Part shown: piece by piece, positions 11,690 to 24,281 of the stretch
Layout: the number at the start of each line of letters is the position of its first letter
How positions within the stretch are numbered: position 1 is the stretch's first letter
Assembly: GCA_976551045.1 (NCBI GenBank)
Contig: CDPCPM010000285.1
Coordinates: 1,364,001-1,428,000, forward strand
DNA length: 64,000 bases
Source of the DNA: Glaucostegus cemiculus
Taxonomy: Eukaryota
Direction of reading: 5' to 3'
Translations under genes and position numbers: made by a program
Notes under the pieces: model-generated
What the model saw: the letters and a program-made list of their open reading frames with translations, nothing else
Told to the model about the DNA's origin: nothing
Databases searched by the model: none

Positions 11690-13332
11690 AAACGAAGTGG
11701 ATTGACATTAGGAAAGAAATGGTGATGGGTAGACAAATGGGGCTGAAGGCTGACAAATCCCCAGGTCCGGATGGTCTGCATCCCAGAGTACTGAAGGAGG
11801 TGGCTCTAGAAATTGTGGATGCATTGGTGATCATTTTCCGATGTTCCCTAGATTCTGGGTCAGTTCCTGAGGATTGGAGAATGGCCAATGTTATCCCACT
11901 TCTTAAGAAAGGAGGGAGGGAGAAAACGGGGAACTATCACCCGGTTAGCCTGACGTCTGTGGTGGGGAAGATGCTAGAGTCCATTATTAAGGATGAAATA
12001 GCGGCATATTTGGATAGCAATGATAGGATTGGGTTGAGTCAACATGGATTTACCAAGGGCAAATCGTGCTTGACTTATCTACTGGAGTTTTTTGAGGATG
12101 TAACCAGGAAAATAGATGAGGGAGATTTGGTGGATGTTGTGTACCTCGGTTTTCAGAAGGCATTTGATAAGGTGCCTCACAGGAGATTGGTGGGTAAAAT
12201 GAGGGCTCACGGAATTGGGGGGAGGGTATTAACTTGGATAGAAAACTGGTTGGCAGATAGGAAACAAAGGGTAGGGGTGAATGGATGTTTCTCAGAATGG
12301 CAGGCCGTGACTAGTGGGGTGCCGCAGGGCTCGGTGCTGGGACCGCAGCTGTTTATGATCTATGTTAATGATTTAGATGAAGGCATTGAGAATAACATTA
12401 GCAAGTTTGCTGATGATACAAAGTTGGGTGGCAGTGCGACATGTGTAGAGGAAGTTAGGAGGATTCAAGGTGACTTGGATAGGTTGGGTGAGTGGGCAGA
12501 TACTTGGCAGATGAAGTTTAATGTGGATAAGTGTGAGGTTATCCACTTTGGGAGCAGGAACAGGAAGGCAGATTATTATCTGAATGGTGTGGAGTTAGGT
12601 AAAGGGGAGGTACAAAGGGATCTCGGAGTCCTTGTTCATCAGTCGCTGAAAGTGAATGAGCAAGTGCAGCAGGCGGTGAAGAAGGCTAATGGAATGTTGG
12701 CCTGTATTACGAGGGGAATTGAGTACAAGAGCAAAGAGATTCTTTTGCATTTGTACAGGGCCCTGGTGAGACCGCTCCTGGAGTATTGTGTACAGTTTTG
12801 GTCTCCGGGGTTAAGGAAGGATATCCTGGCTATAGAGGGTGTGCAGCGTAGGTTTATGAGGTTAATTCCGGGGATGTTGGGACTGTCTTATGCAGAGAGG
12901 TTGGATAGACTGGGATTGTACACGCTGGAATTGAGAAGATTGAGAGGGGATCTGATTGAAACATACAAGATTGTTAAGGAATTGGACAAGATAGAGACAG
13001 GAAATATGTTCCAGATGTTGGGGAAGTCCAGGACCAGAGGGCATGATTTAAGAATAAGGGGTAGGCCAGTTAGGACAGAGGTGAGGAAAAACTTCTTCTC
13101 CCAGAGGGTTGTGAGTTTGTGGAACGCACTGCCTCAGAGGGCAGTGGAGGCCAATTCTCTGGGCACTTTCAAGAAGGATCTAGATAGGTTTCTTATAGAT
13201 AGGGGAATCTATAAGGGATATGGGGACAAGGCAGGAACGGGATATTGAATGTTGAGGATCAGCCATGATCTCAAAATGGCGGAGCAGACTCGAAGGGCCG
13301 AATGGTCTACTTCTGCTCCTATTGTCTATTGT
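11690..13332 (+). mobile_element. 5'-truncated CR1 LINE with an uninterrupted 509-codon ORF2 fragment (RT domain)
   Basis: ORF 11719-13248 has KSPGPDG, GNYHPVSLTS, QHGF, AFDKVPH, SGVPQGSVLGP and KFADD; 3' tail CGAAGGGCCGAATGGTCTACTTCTGCTCC. Confidence 0.97.
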
Positions 13333-13863
13333 TTTTTACTTAAAAATCACCTAAAAGATCACTTTTGAGTGACATTCAGATACAGTATTTGGATAAAATT
13401 ATCAGACATTTCTTGAATAGGCAGATGGTTTGTGGTCTATTATATAATTCTGTTAGCTACTGAGCCAGACATTTTAAAAACCACTAGCCTCTCCTTGACT
13501 CAGAAATATTCCCAACTTCAGCACATACACAATTTCACCATATTTTAACAAATCCCACCGATTGTGTCAGAATACATCGACTATTAATTAAGACAACACA
13601 AAAGCAACTACAATCTGCACGTTTTTTTTCCAAAGCCAAATGATTTTCTTCTTTTGCCAATCTGGCAAAATGGACTGAGAGGAATTTGATAGAACCAAGA
13701 TAAAGCATATTTTATACAAATCCAAATTAGGATGAGGACTCATAGTGAGCTTAGTTTTAACTATTTTTGTTTTTCCCACTAAACTGGAGTTAATTATGAA
13801 AAAAACAATTTTTTCCATAAGAAGGAAGCTAATATTCTTTACCTTTTAACATTTTTTTTCTAG

Positions 13864-14125
13864 ATTATTTCTGGGCAGTATGTCTGCCCTAGCAACACAT
13901 CAGGGAGTCCGTGTATTGAAATTGACATGCTTGGTATGCCACAGGACAGCAGCCACTTTCGCACTAAACCCATTCATCGTAACACTCTGAACCCCATGTG
14001 GAATGAGCAATTCTTCTTCCACGTTTACTTTGAAGACCTCGTTTTCTTACGTTTTGCAGTAGTGGAAAATAACAGCTCCACTGTAACAGCGCAAAGAGTG
14101 ATCCAGTTAAAAGCACTTAAAGGAG
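13864..14125 (+). CDS. PLCE1: PLCE1 coding exon, C2 domain: IISGQYVCP...[19 protein letters not shown]...
   Basis: C2 motif [17 protein letters not shown]; tag/gtaaaa sites. Confidence 0.98.
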
Positions 14126-14289
14126 GTAAAAACTCTTTTATTTATGGCACTGCTCTTTTGCTTTGAGAAGTTTGATCATGCTGGGAGCAAAGTGATTGCT
14201 GGATACCATGGAAAATAAGGAATGGGGCATTTAAAACTGCAGGAATTTATGAAAATGAGAATTATTGTAATTGACAGCTGTACATTCCA

Positions 14290-14605
14290 TATAGAACATG
14301 GAACATCGAACACTACAGCACAGTACAGGCCCTTCGGCCCACAATGTTGTGCCGACATTTTATCCTGCTCTAAGATCTATTTAACCCTTCCCTCCCACAT
14401 AGCCCCCCATTTCGCTATCATTCATGTGTCTGTCTAAGAGTCTCTTAAATGTCCCTAATGTATCTGCCCCCACAACCTCTGCCAGCAGTGCGTTCCACAC
14501 ACCCACCACTCTCTGTGTAAGGAAAAAAAAAACTTACTCCTGACATCCCCCTTATATCTTCCTCCAGTCACCTTCAAATTATGACACCTCATGTTAACCA
14601 TTTAA
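14290..14605 (-). mobile_element. CR1 LINE 3' end
   Basis: Reverse complement of the tail (ACAGCACAGTACAGGCCCTTCGGCCCAC); same subfamily as 60650-61130. Confidence 0.85.
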
Positions 14606-15043
14606 TTTTATGTCCCTGTTCACTTCTCTCTCTTGTTATCCTCCTAAGAAGATAAACAGCATTTTAACTTTTATTGAGAAAGGGTTGGAGTTTAAGAATT
14701 GGGAAGCTTTATTACAGTTGAGCAGAGTTTTGGTGAGGCCACACCTGGAATACTATGTGCAGTTTTCACCCCCTTACCTTAAAAAAAAGGATTGGAGGAT
14801 TGGTAATAAGAATAATTAATAAGTAGTATTGGAGGCAGTCCTAAGGAGATTCATCAGACTAATTCCTGGGATGAGAGCCGTGCCCTATTGAGAGGGGCTA
14901 GACAGTTTGGGTCCGTATTCTTTGGGGGTGGGGGGGGTTCAGAAAATGAGGGGTGACCTTATTCAAACATATAAGATCCTACTGGGTGTTGACAGGGTAG
15001 ATGTTGAAATATTTTCTCAAGTGAGAGGATCATGAAAAAGGGG

Positions 15044-15456
15044 CAACATACACAAAGTGCTGGAGGAACTCAGCAGATCAGTTGGAATCTATGGAGGGAA
15101 ATAAACTGTCAACGTTTCAGGTCAAGACCCTTCATCAGGACTGGAAAGGAAGAGAGCTTCCAGATTTCTCCTCCTTCAGTCCTTTGCTTCTTCTCCCTAT
15201 TACATTCTCCCTTCTTGCATCACTCCCTTTCATCCCCTCCCCCCCCCCCCACAGCTGGACTCACCTATAACCTGCCAGCTGGTGCTCCTTCCCCTCCCCC
15301 GACCTTCTTGTTCTGGCTTCTGCTCTCTTCCTTTCCAGTCAGAACTTAATAAATTTTTGATTAGGCCTCAGCTGGAGGAAAGTGGACAATTCTGGCCACC
15401 ACTCTTGGAAAAAATAGCTCCAGATTCCAGCATCTGTAGAATCTCTTGTGTCTGTG
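15044..15456. mobile_element. Penelope-type (pseudo-LTR) insertion with an inverted arrangement
   Basis: Inverted arm 15046-15150, then forward arm about 15155-15340 ending TCCTTTCCAGTC; flanked by imperfect direct repeats TCATGAAAAAGGGG (15030) and TCATGAATAAGGGG (15457). Confidence 0.7.
15106..15145 (-). ncRNA. Minimal type I hammerhead ribozyme motif
   Basis: Minus strand reads tccaGTC-CTGATGA-a-GGGT(cttg)ACCT-GAAAC-GTT-GACag, giving the conserved CUGAUGA and GAAA cores, helix II, helix I GUC/GAC and an NUH triplet GUU. Confidence 0.7.
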
Positions 15457-18404
15457 TCATGAATAAGGGGATATAATTGTAAAATAAGGGACCAGTCATT
15501 TAAAACTGAGATTTGTAGAAATGTCTTCTCTCAGATGGTAGTGAACCTCTGGAATTATCTGCCCCAGACGGTGGTGGAGGCCAAATCATCCATCTTCACC
15601 TGAAATATATCAAATAAGTACTTGAAAGTTCAAGGAATTGAAGGTTATGGGGAACCAGCACAGGAGCTGATGCCAGCATAGATCAGTTGTGATCATGGTA
15701 AATTGCTTGGAGGCCCACTCTTGCTTTTATCTTCTTGTGTTCTTCTTTAAGATACCCTTTGGAACCCCACCACTTTGACCTATCTTTTGGTCATCTGTCC
15801 TAATATCTCCTTGTGTGGCTTGCTACCATATCTTATTTGATAACACTCCTGTGAAGTTCTAGGGATATGTTGCTGGGTTAAAAACACTAAATGATTAGGT
15901 GCTCCTGTTACAGGAAATTGGTGGATGGTCAGGTGTTGTCAATTTCTGCCACAGTTCAATGTTTTTCAAATTGTATTTGGTAACATAGAGTAACATCTGG
16001 TAACATAAATTCCACTTAAAAGTGGGAAATGCAAGATAAAGAGATAATATAATTAGTAACCAGCCAAGCCAGCTATCTCTTTGTCAAAGAGGAGAATGCA
16101 AGTTACCAGGTGAAAGCCATGTTTCTGGGAACAACAAAGGAGAAGGAGCTTGATGAAAGCCTATCAAAAGGAGAACTTTTCATTAACGAGTCATTCAGTA
16201 GATGCATTTGTAATTGTGGAAGCTGCCCATTACTCTTTTGTTAATAACTGCACTGCAACAAATTCTTGAGAATTGGAAAGTAGCTAACAACATTTTTTTA
16301 AGGTGAGGGTCAAAGATCATTTTCTTTTAACTAAAGACAGCTATATTTATATTTAACAGCTGTTGCACTGAAAAGTCTTTGAAGCATTTTTGATAGATCT
16401 GATAAATGAACATGTTGAAAAGTAGATCTTGTTAAAAAGAGAGTTGCTGTGTATTGGGAGAAGGAGGTTATTTAAGTAACCTGCTACTACTTTACAAAGG
16501 GTTGGTGCATAGGGAATGCAGCTAATACTATACACATTATATTTATAAGCTTTTGACAAGGTTCTTTGTCAGCAACTAATAAGAAAATTAATGAGCCTCT
16601 TCATAAGAGGTTGGATAGAAAATTAATTTAGGGAAAGGAAACATCAGCTAATCAGAAATAAGAACTTTCAAGATGGAAAGAGATCAGAAGGAAGGTTCTC
16701 CAAGGATTGTTATTAGGAACATTACTACTATTAACATGTAGTAATGATTTGGATGAGGGCTTAATTATACAATAAATATGATGTTCAGGTTTGCAGATTT
16801 TACTAAAATGAGGTCAGAGCAAACAAGGAAGTCAATGATCTTTTCCATAATTGAGCCAACTACTAATCAAAGCTGATAATTATAAAATAATTAGACTGGG
16901 ATCGAGGCATATGAAGTGGCAGTATGTTCTGAATGGAACAATGGTATGCCATTCTGATCAGGAAAGGGATTGAGGGCTTATAATTCATAAATCTATGAAA
17001 TGATTAGCATGCCACTTAATCTGAGCTGGAATGTCATGAAGACATGGCTGGATTGAATTACTATAATTTGCAAGGTCACAAATTGAAACCACTGCCTGTT
17101 AATTTTAACACAGCCTTTAGCATTACAAATATAAACTAAAGCACTGGGTTCACCTGTAGCACGAGGTATTGGCTTTGAACCCAGTCTGCAGCTGTAAGAT
17201 TTTGAAGTATGGGCTGTATTTGAGTATCTAATACATCACAACATGCTGACAGTCCAGGTAATTCTGATGCTTGGATCTGACTGCTGGAGAAGTGAAGCGA
17301 TTTTTTTTCTATCAGTGATCATGATACCCTTAGCCTTCAGGTTTTACTGGTTTCATTGAATTAATAAAACATCTCAGGCTGAAGTAATTTTCCCTCACCA
17401 CCTCATACCCTCTGATGATTGAGGGCCAATCTCCACTTTTTCCTTGAACTGTTGTCAGATATCTTATGCTGGGACATGGCAGATTGCAAACCCAAACCAC
17501 AGCCACAAGCTTGGTTCACAAATCTAAAGACAAACAGAAACAGGAACATTTGCTTTAGTGCCTTGGTAAAGAAAAAAAAATTGAAAGCTCTTCTTATAAA
17601 CAGATATTTTTGGAGACCTTTGAAAGTAATTGATGGGACTTCTGGATACCTCTAACCCAAGATATATTAATAGAGAGATGAGCCTTCATTGTTCTCAGAG
17701 TGTCAGTATTCCCTGCCTTCGGTCAGAGGACCAGTCTCTATGCAATAGTCCAGGTGCAGTCTGACCAGTCCCTTGCATTATATGTTTGGTACCTTCTCTC
17801 AAGTCATTTTGCAACAAAGGCCAACATAACATCTGCCTTCCCAAATGCTGGAAATCGGTACACCTCTTTATTTTGATAGATACAAACTCCAATGCAACTA
17901 AAGAGCTTGAGTCTCTTTATCCAATATCTCCTGCCATGGCTGAAGCAATATTCAAAAGCAATTATTCTACTATGTTGCATTAGAGAAAAGTAATAATGTG
18001 CTCTGTTAACGGAGGTAATCAGGTAAAATGCAGTCTGAATCAGACTGTTCAAAATTTCTAATTCTCAATGCTCCTCTCTTGAAACAGAAAAAGATTTCAT
18101 CCCCTTTGCATGGATAATTAGTTAACTGTGCATGATTCCCTATTTACAGTGACCTGAAGGGCCATCCAGGACTATCTCTCCAGTATCTGGTTTCAGAGCA
18201 GCCTTAGCCAAGGGCTCCCAACTGTGTACCTACTCTGTTTGCTTAATGGATGAGCTTATCAAGGAAATGCATAAAAAAGTGAAAAGCGCAAAAAATGAAT
18301 TAGTTATTAGTATAAGGAAGGTCTGATTATCTTTGAAGTATAATGATGACATAGACAGAATTTGATGCTCAAGGTATTTAACTTTGTCACTTTTTTCTGC
18401 TTAG

Positions 18405-18523
18405 GATACAGACATCTACAGCTAAGAAACTCTCATAATGAACCTCTGGAGATATCCAGTCTCTTCATTTACAGTCGACGAATGGAAGAAAACAACTCTG
18501 GAAATCTACCATTGGCATCAATG
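18405..18523 (+). CDS. PLCE1: PLCE1 coding exon: [30 protein letters not shown]...
   Basis: C2-end motif GYRH; tag/gtaatc sites; in frame with its neighbours. Confidence 0.97.
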
Positions 18524-18934
18524 GTAATCTGAGTGAACCTGTTCATCCACAACTTTCATTTCATGAATTACAGATTTTAATTGGAATTTATTTGAACATA
18601 TTTCTTTACATAAATGTTTTGGGATCTGGACATCCCTGGTGAAGCCAGCATTTATTACTCAATCTAATTGTCCTCAAAGTTGATTGACACTCATCTCCAT
18701 AAACCAACTGGGACAACTGAATGGCTTACTAGGTCACTTCAGTGGCAACTAAAACTCAATCATGTAGGGTGGGTTAGTAGTCACACACGGCCTGGAGCGG
18801 GTAAGGATAACCGATTTCTCTCCCGAATGACATCAGTGAATAACAATCCAGTAGGTTTATCTGTGGTCATCATTATCAAGACCAGTTGTTGTTATTTTTC
18901 AAGGCAGAACTAATACTATTTTTATTCCAAACAG

Positions 18935-19063
18935 CTGTTTAACACAGAAGACCAAAGATCTGCTATCAGTTACCATGTTACAGTTTATGGAGTTCCGGGT
19001 CCTGAACCATTCAGCGTTTATGTTGTCCATGAGAAGACCACGGCCAGGCAGTTAATATACAAA
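18935..19063 (+). CDS. PLCE1: PLCE1 coding exon, RA1 domain: LFNTEDQR...VTVYGVPGPEPFSV...
   Basis: Matches human VTVHGVPGPEPFTV; cag/gtgagt sites. Confidence 0.96.
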
Positions 19064-19549
19064 GTGAGTCACTAGATAGTCAGGTTACTCAGAAGGTCAA
19101 GGGAACCCATGGAAAGTTGTGCCTTCTAACAAAAAAAAGCTTGGAAACTTTACTGGGCAGCCATGTGTGTTTTCTCTAATTTGTTTAGGAATTTTTAAAA
19201 AAACAAGTCTGAAATGGAATCCAGATTTTGTGCTTGTGCTCCTTAAGAATTGATCTCTGCCTTGTTTGTAGATCGATCAAACAGATTTTTTGGTTCAGGG
19301 ATATTGTGGCATACAGCAGAAAGAGATGAACTTGAGGTTATATTTTTATATTATTTTGGTCTCAAGTGGGATATCATTGCTGGAATATAGAATATGTCAG
19401 CTTTCCAGTTCAGAGAACAACCACTCTATTGTCAGAAGTAGCAGGAACAGACAATGATTAAAGTATCCCCTTCTCTGACCCAAGTGTATGTTAACTCCTG
19501 TCTCAGAGCGGGGTCTCCTGCTTCAGGTGTAAGGGGCATTGATGAGACC

Positions 19550-21880
19550 AGACATGGAGTCCTTTAGTTATGTAAGGTATTAATAAGGCCACATCTCAAA
19601 TGCTTCATTTATACAGAAAACTGGGTAAAGAAATGGTCTCCTTGTTTAATGAAGGATGCTATTGCATTGAAAGCAGTTCAGAGAAAGTTTACTAGACTGA
19701 TACCTAGAAATGGTGGATTGTCTCATGAAGGAAGGTAGAATAGACTCTGCTTGTATCTACTGGAGTTTAGAAGACTGAGACATTTTATCGTGAAAGATAT
19801 TGGATCTTGAAGAGCCTTGACAAAGACTGTTCCCGAAGACTAGAAGGTGGCTAGAGTTGTTCCGTTGTTTAAGAAGGGTAGCAAGGACAAGCCATGGAAC
19901 TACGGGACCGTCAGCCTGACATCAGTAGTGGGGAAGTTACTGGAGGGAATTCTGAGAGACAGGATCTATGAGCATTTAGATAGAGTCTGATTAGGAGGAG
20001 TCAGCATGGCTTTGTGCATGGAAAGTCTTGCTTGATGAACTTTTTAGAGTTTTCTGAAGAGGTAACCAAAAAAGGTAGATGAAGGTAGGGCAGTGGATGT
20101 TGTCTATTTGGACTTTAGCAAAGCCTTCAACAAGATCCTGAGTGGCAGGCTGGTTTGGAAGGTTAGGTCCCATAGAATCCAGGGAGAGCTAGTAGGGTGG
20201 ATTCAAAGTTGGCTCTGAGTTAGGAAGTAGAGGGTAGTGGTTGAAGGTTGTTTCTCAGAATGTTTCCCAGTGACTAGTGGTGTGCCGCCGGGGTTGGTGT
20301 TGGGACTCTTGTTATTCATTATTTATATAAATGATTTGGATGCAAATGCACGAGGCTTGATCAGTAAGTTTGCGGATGATGTGAAACTAGGAAGTACTGT
20401 TGATAGTGAAGAAGATCATCATAGAGTACAGGGGGATCTTGATCAGTTAGGGAAGTGAGCCAAGGAGTGGCAAATTGATTTCAGTACTAATAAGTGTGAG
20501 GTCATGCATTTTGGAAAGTCAAACCACCATAGGACTCGTACTATAAATGGTAAGGCATTAAGGAGTGTAATGGAACTGAGGGACCCTGGAGTACAAGTGC
20601 ATGGTTCGCTGAAAGTGGCTTTGCAGGTAGGCAGGGTGGTGAAAAAGGCATTTAGCACGCTGGTCTTCATCAGTCAGGGCAATGAGTATAGGAGTTGCGA
20701 CATCATGTTGCAGTTGTATAAGTCATTGGTGAGGCAGCACTTGCGAGTAGTGTGTACGGTTTTGGTCACCCTGTTATAGGAAAGACATGGTTAAATGGAA
20801 GGAGTGCAGAAAAGAATTACGGGAATGTTGCCAGGACTAGAGGGCCTGAGTTATGGGGAGAGGTTGGCCAGGCTGGGTCTTTATTCCTTGGAGTGTAGGA
20901 GAATGAGGGGGCGACCTTATAGAAATGTTTAAAATTATGAGAGGCACAGATGAGGTGAATGGTAACAGTCTTTTCCCCAGGGTAGGGGAGTCCAAAGCTA
21001 GGGGGGCATAGATTTAGGGTGGGAGGGGAAAGATTTAAAAGGGAAACTGAGGGGCAACTTTTTCACATAGAAGGTGATGGGTATATGGAACGTGGGGCCA
21101 GAGGAACGTGGGGCGGCATGGTAGCATAGTGGTTAGCGCAACGCTACTACAGCGCCAGTGACCTGGGTTCGATTCCCGTCGCTGTCTGTAAGGAGTTTGT
21201 ACGTTCTCCCGTGTCTGCGTGGGTTTCCTCCGGGTGCTCCGGTTTCCTCCCACATTCCAAAGACGTACGGGTTGGTTAATTTGGGTTTAAAATGGGCGAC
21301 GTGGACTCATTGGGCCAGAAGGGCCTGTTACCACGCTGTAAATAAAATAAAAAAAATAAGAAGGAAGTAGTTGAGGCAGGTACAATAGTATTATTTACGA
21401 AGGACTTGGATGGACACTGACAGGGCTCAGGGATGTGGGCCAAATGCAGGAAATTGGGACTAGCTGGTCGGGCACTGTGGTAGGCATGGACTGGCTGGGC
21501 CCTCGGCCTATCTCCATGCTGTATTGCTCTATGACTCAATGACAGAGTGGATGGAAAAGTTGTTTCCTCTTGCTGGAGAATGTAGAAGTAGACATCACTG
21601 CTTAAAACTGGAGGTTGCCAGTTTAAGATAAGAATGAGAATTTATTTACCCTTAGCTGTAAGTTTTTTTTAAATTCTCTTCTGCAAAGGGCACTGGAAAC
21701 AGTTGTAGAGTGGTTTTAAGGCAGATTAACTAGAATGTTGATAATCAAGGAGGTGAAAGGTTACCTGGAGTAGATGGAAATGCAGAGTTAAGCTGATAGT
21801 CAGGTCAGCTGTGATCTTATTAAATAGTGGAGCAGGTACAAAGGGCTAAGTTCTCTCCAACTGCTCCCTGTTTTTATTAT
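19550..21880 (+). mobile_element. Nested CR1 LINEs: an older CR1 (19550-19830 and 21540-21880) interrupted by a younger RT-region CR1 (about 19830-21540)
   Basis: ORFs with [17 protein letters not shown] (20237) and VHGSLKVALQV (20504); inner tail near 21520-21540; the outer element resumes after it. Confidence 0.8.
21110..21360 (+). mobile_element. tRNA-derived V-SINE-type SINE with a CR1-type tail, inserted into the CR1
   Basis: GGGCGGCATGGTAGCATAGTGG (A box), GGTTCGATTCC (B box), shared body, tail GGGCCAGAAGGGCCTGTTACCACGCTGTAAATAAAATAA; AGGAA on both flanks. Confidence 0.92.
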
Positions 21881-22816
21881 GTACACATCATGAACTGCCC
21901 GCCCTACACTCCCTCTGGGATTGTGAACGTATTCTGTTAGGAAATATCCCAAAGTTCATTCCGCAGAAATCCCTTATAGCTGACAGGAGGAGAAAAGCTT
22001 CCCAGCAGCCTGTGCTATATTCAAACCCTGAGAAGGATGGGCATTGGTGTCTCCGACTCCACTTCTGTTATTTCTTGAAAATTCACAGATGTTCAGATAA
22101 CTGGACGAGAATTTGAAGGTGTCAGTTAAGCAAAGATATACAGCAGTGGCTCAGTGGATCTGATTTATAAAATGTCAAAACTAACAATGCCACAAGACAA
22201 CTGTGATTTTAAATTCCTGAGATGTGTAAAAATTGCATTAGCTACAACTTTCTGTGAGCACTGGACAAATACAAGAACCATTTCTAAGAAACTATGTTGG
22301 TTTAGGATTGGGATTTTATTGTAAAGGACTAGCAGATGCGAATCAATGTTAGAAATAATCCCATGGGAAGAAAAACTCTTTGCAAGTTATCCAACAGGTC
22401 CATAGTGAGAGCCATGGAGTAAGTAATAAAGCATTAGCAGTGAAACTTTCCCAAATACATTTAGAAACTTGAACATTTATAGAAACATGAAGCAAATATT
22501 TACTGTAAACTCCTGAGCCACATTTTGCTTCACAGAACCCATCACACTGCTTATTTTTATACTGCTCAGAGCTATGGCCAATTGGGAACAAATTAACAAT
22601 TACACCTAGGACATTAAAGAAGATTGAAAGACAAACAAGATTTGAGTATAACAATGATTTTCACCTGAAGGGCATTTAAACAGGAAACTAGCTGAAATGG
22701 ACATTGGTTTATAGAAGTGAGACGTATTTATTTGAAAACTAAAACTGAATTAAGATTTTTTTTAGTGAGATTCATTTCTCTGCAGGAGGTTGAATGACTC
22801 TAATTGATCTTTGCAG

Positions 22817-23026
22817 ATTGTAGGCTCAGCAGGTGGCTCAGAGACAGACATTGCTGACTACTTTCTTCTGGAAGAGAAAACCTCCCTTTCTAAAGAAAAG
22901 AGTGAACACAAGAAACAGCCATTCCAGAGGGTTATTAGCCCAGAGGAGGAAATCCTAAAAATTCCACAATGTTGGCTTCTAGAGGAAGGATTTATTGGAA
23001 AAATTATCTTTAAAACCAAAGAAGAG
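22817..23026 (+). CDS. PLCE1: PLCE1 coding exon, RA1: ...DYFLLEEK...KQPFQRVISPEEEIL...
   Basis: Matches human DYFLMEEK..KQPFQRAIGPEEEI; cag/gtatgt sites. Confidence 0.96.
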
Positions 23027-24281
23027 GTATGTTGATTTCTTTTGCACAAGACCATCTTCTACAACACATTTATTAATAATTCTGCAGTGCATAAGACATT
23101 TTTCATATCCCATGTACCAACTCAATCTGGCAATGGAAGGGTTCTAATTTTGATTGACAAATGGCCTTTTGTATCCAGATGACTTGGGTAATTTTGAATA
23201 TCCACTCACTGTCATGATCATTGCCTATCACTTATCAGGATGCATTCAGTGCCACCTCTCGCAGTTGTGCTGGGGAAGCAGGAATGTAACTGAGGTTGAC
23301 GCTTGCACATCCAATTTGAAGATAGTTGTTTCATGCTTGAATATTGTAGGGGATCAGGAGGAAAGCCTGTCAAGCAAAGGATGAAACTAACAGAGGCCAC
23401 TGGAACGCTTCAAACCAAATAAAACTGAATCATCCAATCCAAAGAATGATCCAGTACTAAGAGATTAGAAATGACAGAAGTAGAAGGACCAATTCACACA
23501 AAAAGGCAGCTGAGACAGTTTTAGTATTATTTGCTGGCACAGAGTGCTAGAGGCCTAATACATCAATAGTTGTGTGCCAAGCCAAATAAATGCTATACTG
23601 GTACCTGTGCACTGGCACTGCAAGCTCCTGTGATCCTAGTTTAGCCTCGTAAGGACACTGGGTGCAACTGGCAATCTAATGCACTGACTCTGATGCCAGA
23701 GTTCCACTCCCTTTTGATGCATGCCTATGTCACTGGCACCAAAGGTGGAATTTTATCCCATTGTTGTAATTTCAGGAACCACAAACTAGTGCCAGTAGGA
23801 GAGGTGGCCATTGGTTCAGAATGAAAACACCTTATGGAAACATTGAGAAGTCAGAACTTGAAAATTCATACTTAAAACACAAGTAGCTTTGTTGAACAGA
23901 ACCATTGCATGGAGGATAGGTAGCCAAGGGAACATGCTTCTTTCCCACAGCTTGAATAGGTGCATGAAAAGGGTAAGCAAGAAGAAACGATAACCTAGTG
24001 ATAAAAGTGTTTGGAATCTTGTATGTACGTGCACATACTCTCACACACATGTAACACAATGCACAGAAATACAGACGTACCTGCACTCTCCTATTCACTC
24101 ATCCAGATACAGACATGCTGGAGAATGCATGCAGCTACTGACCTCAGAATAACATACTGGGGACCAATTGTGAAGATTATCAATGAAAGTTGCTATGGAA
24201 ACTTGCTTATTGAGCATGATTAGTAGAATTGCCAAGTAACAGCACGTAATGGAAAGCCTATTGACTCTAAATGTTCAGCAG

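Larger units (their letters stand above)
14650..15745 (+). mobile_element. Degenerate CR1 3' part, interrupted by a Penelope-type insertion
   Basis: [12 protein letters not shown] motif in ORF 14610-14819; CR1 sequence resumes after 15457. Confidence 0.8.

Noticed and set aside
11719-13248. RT ORFs (also 62387-63169) as retron, DGR or defence-type reverse transcriptases
   Set aside because: Motifs, 5' truncation and 3' microsatellite tails identify them as CR1 and Rex-Babar LINE fragments in introns.
21110-21185. tRNA-like sequence with A and B boxes (also near 6985-7057 and 61545-61618)
   Set aside because: These are SINE heads followed by a SINE body and a LINE-like tail, not tRNA genes.
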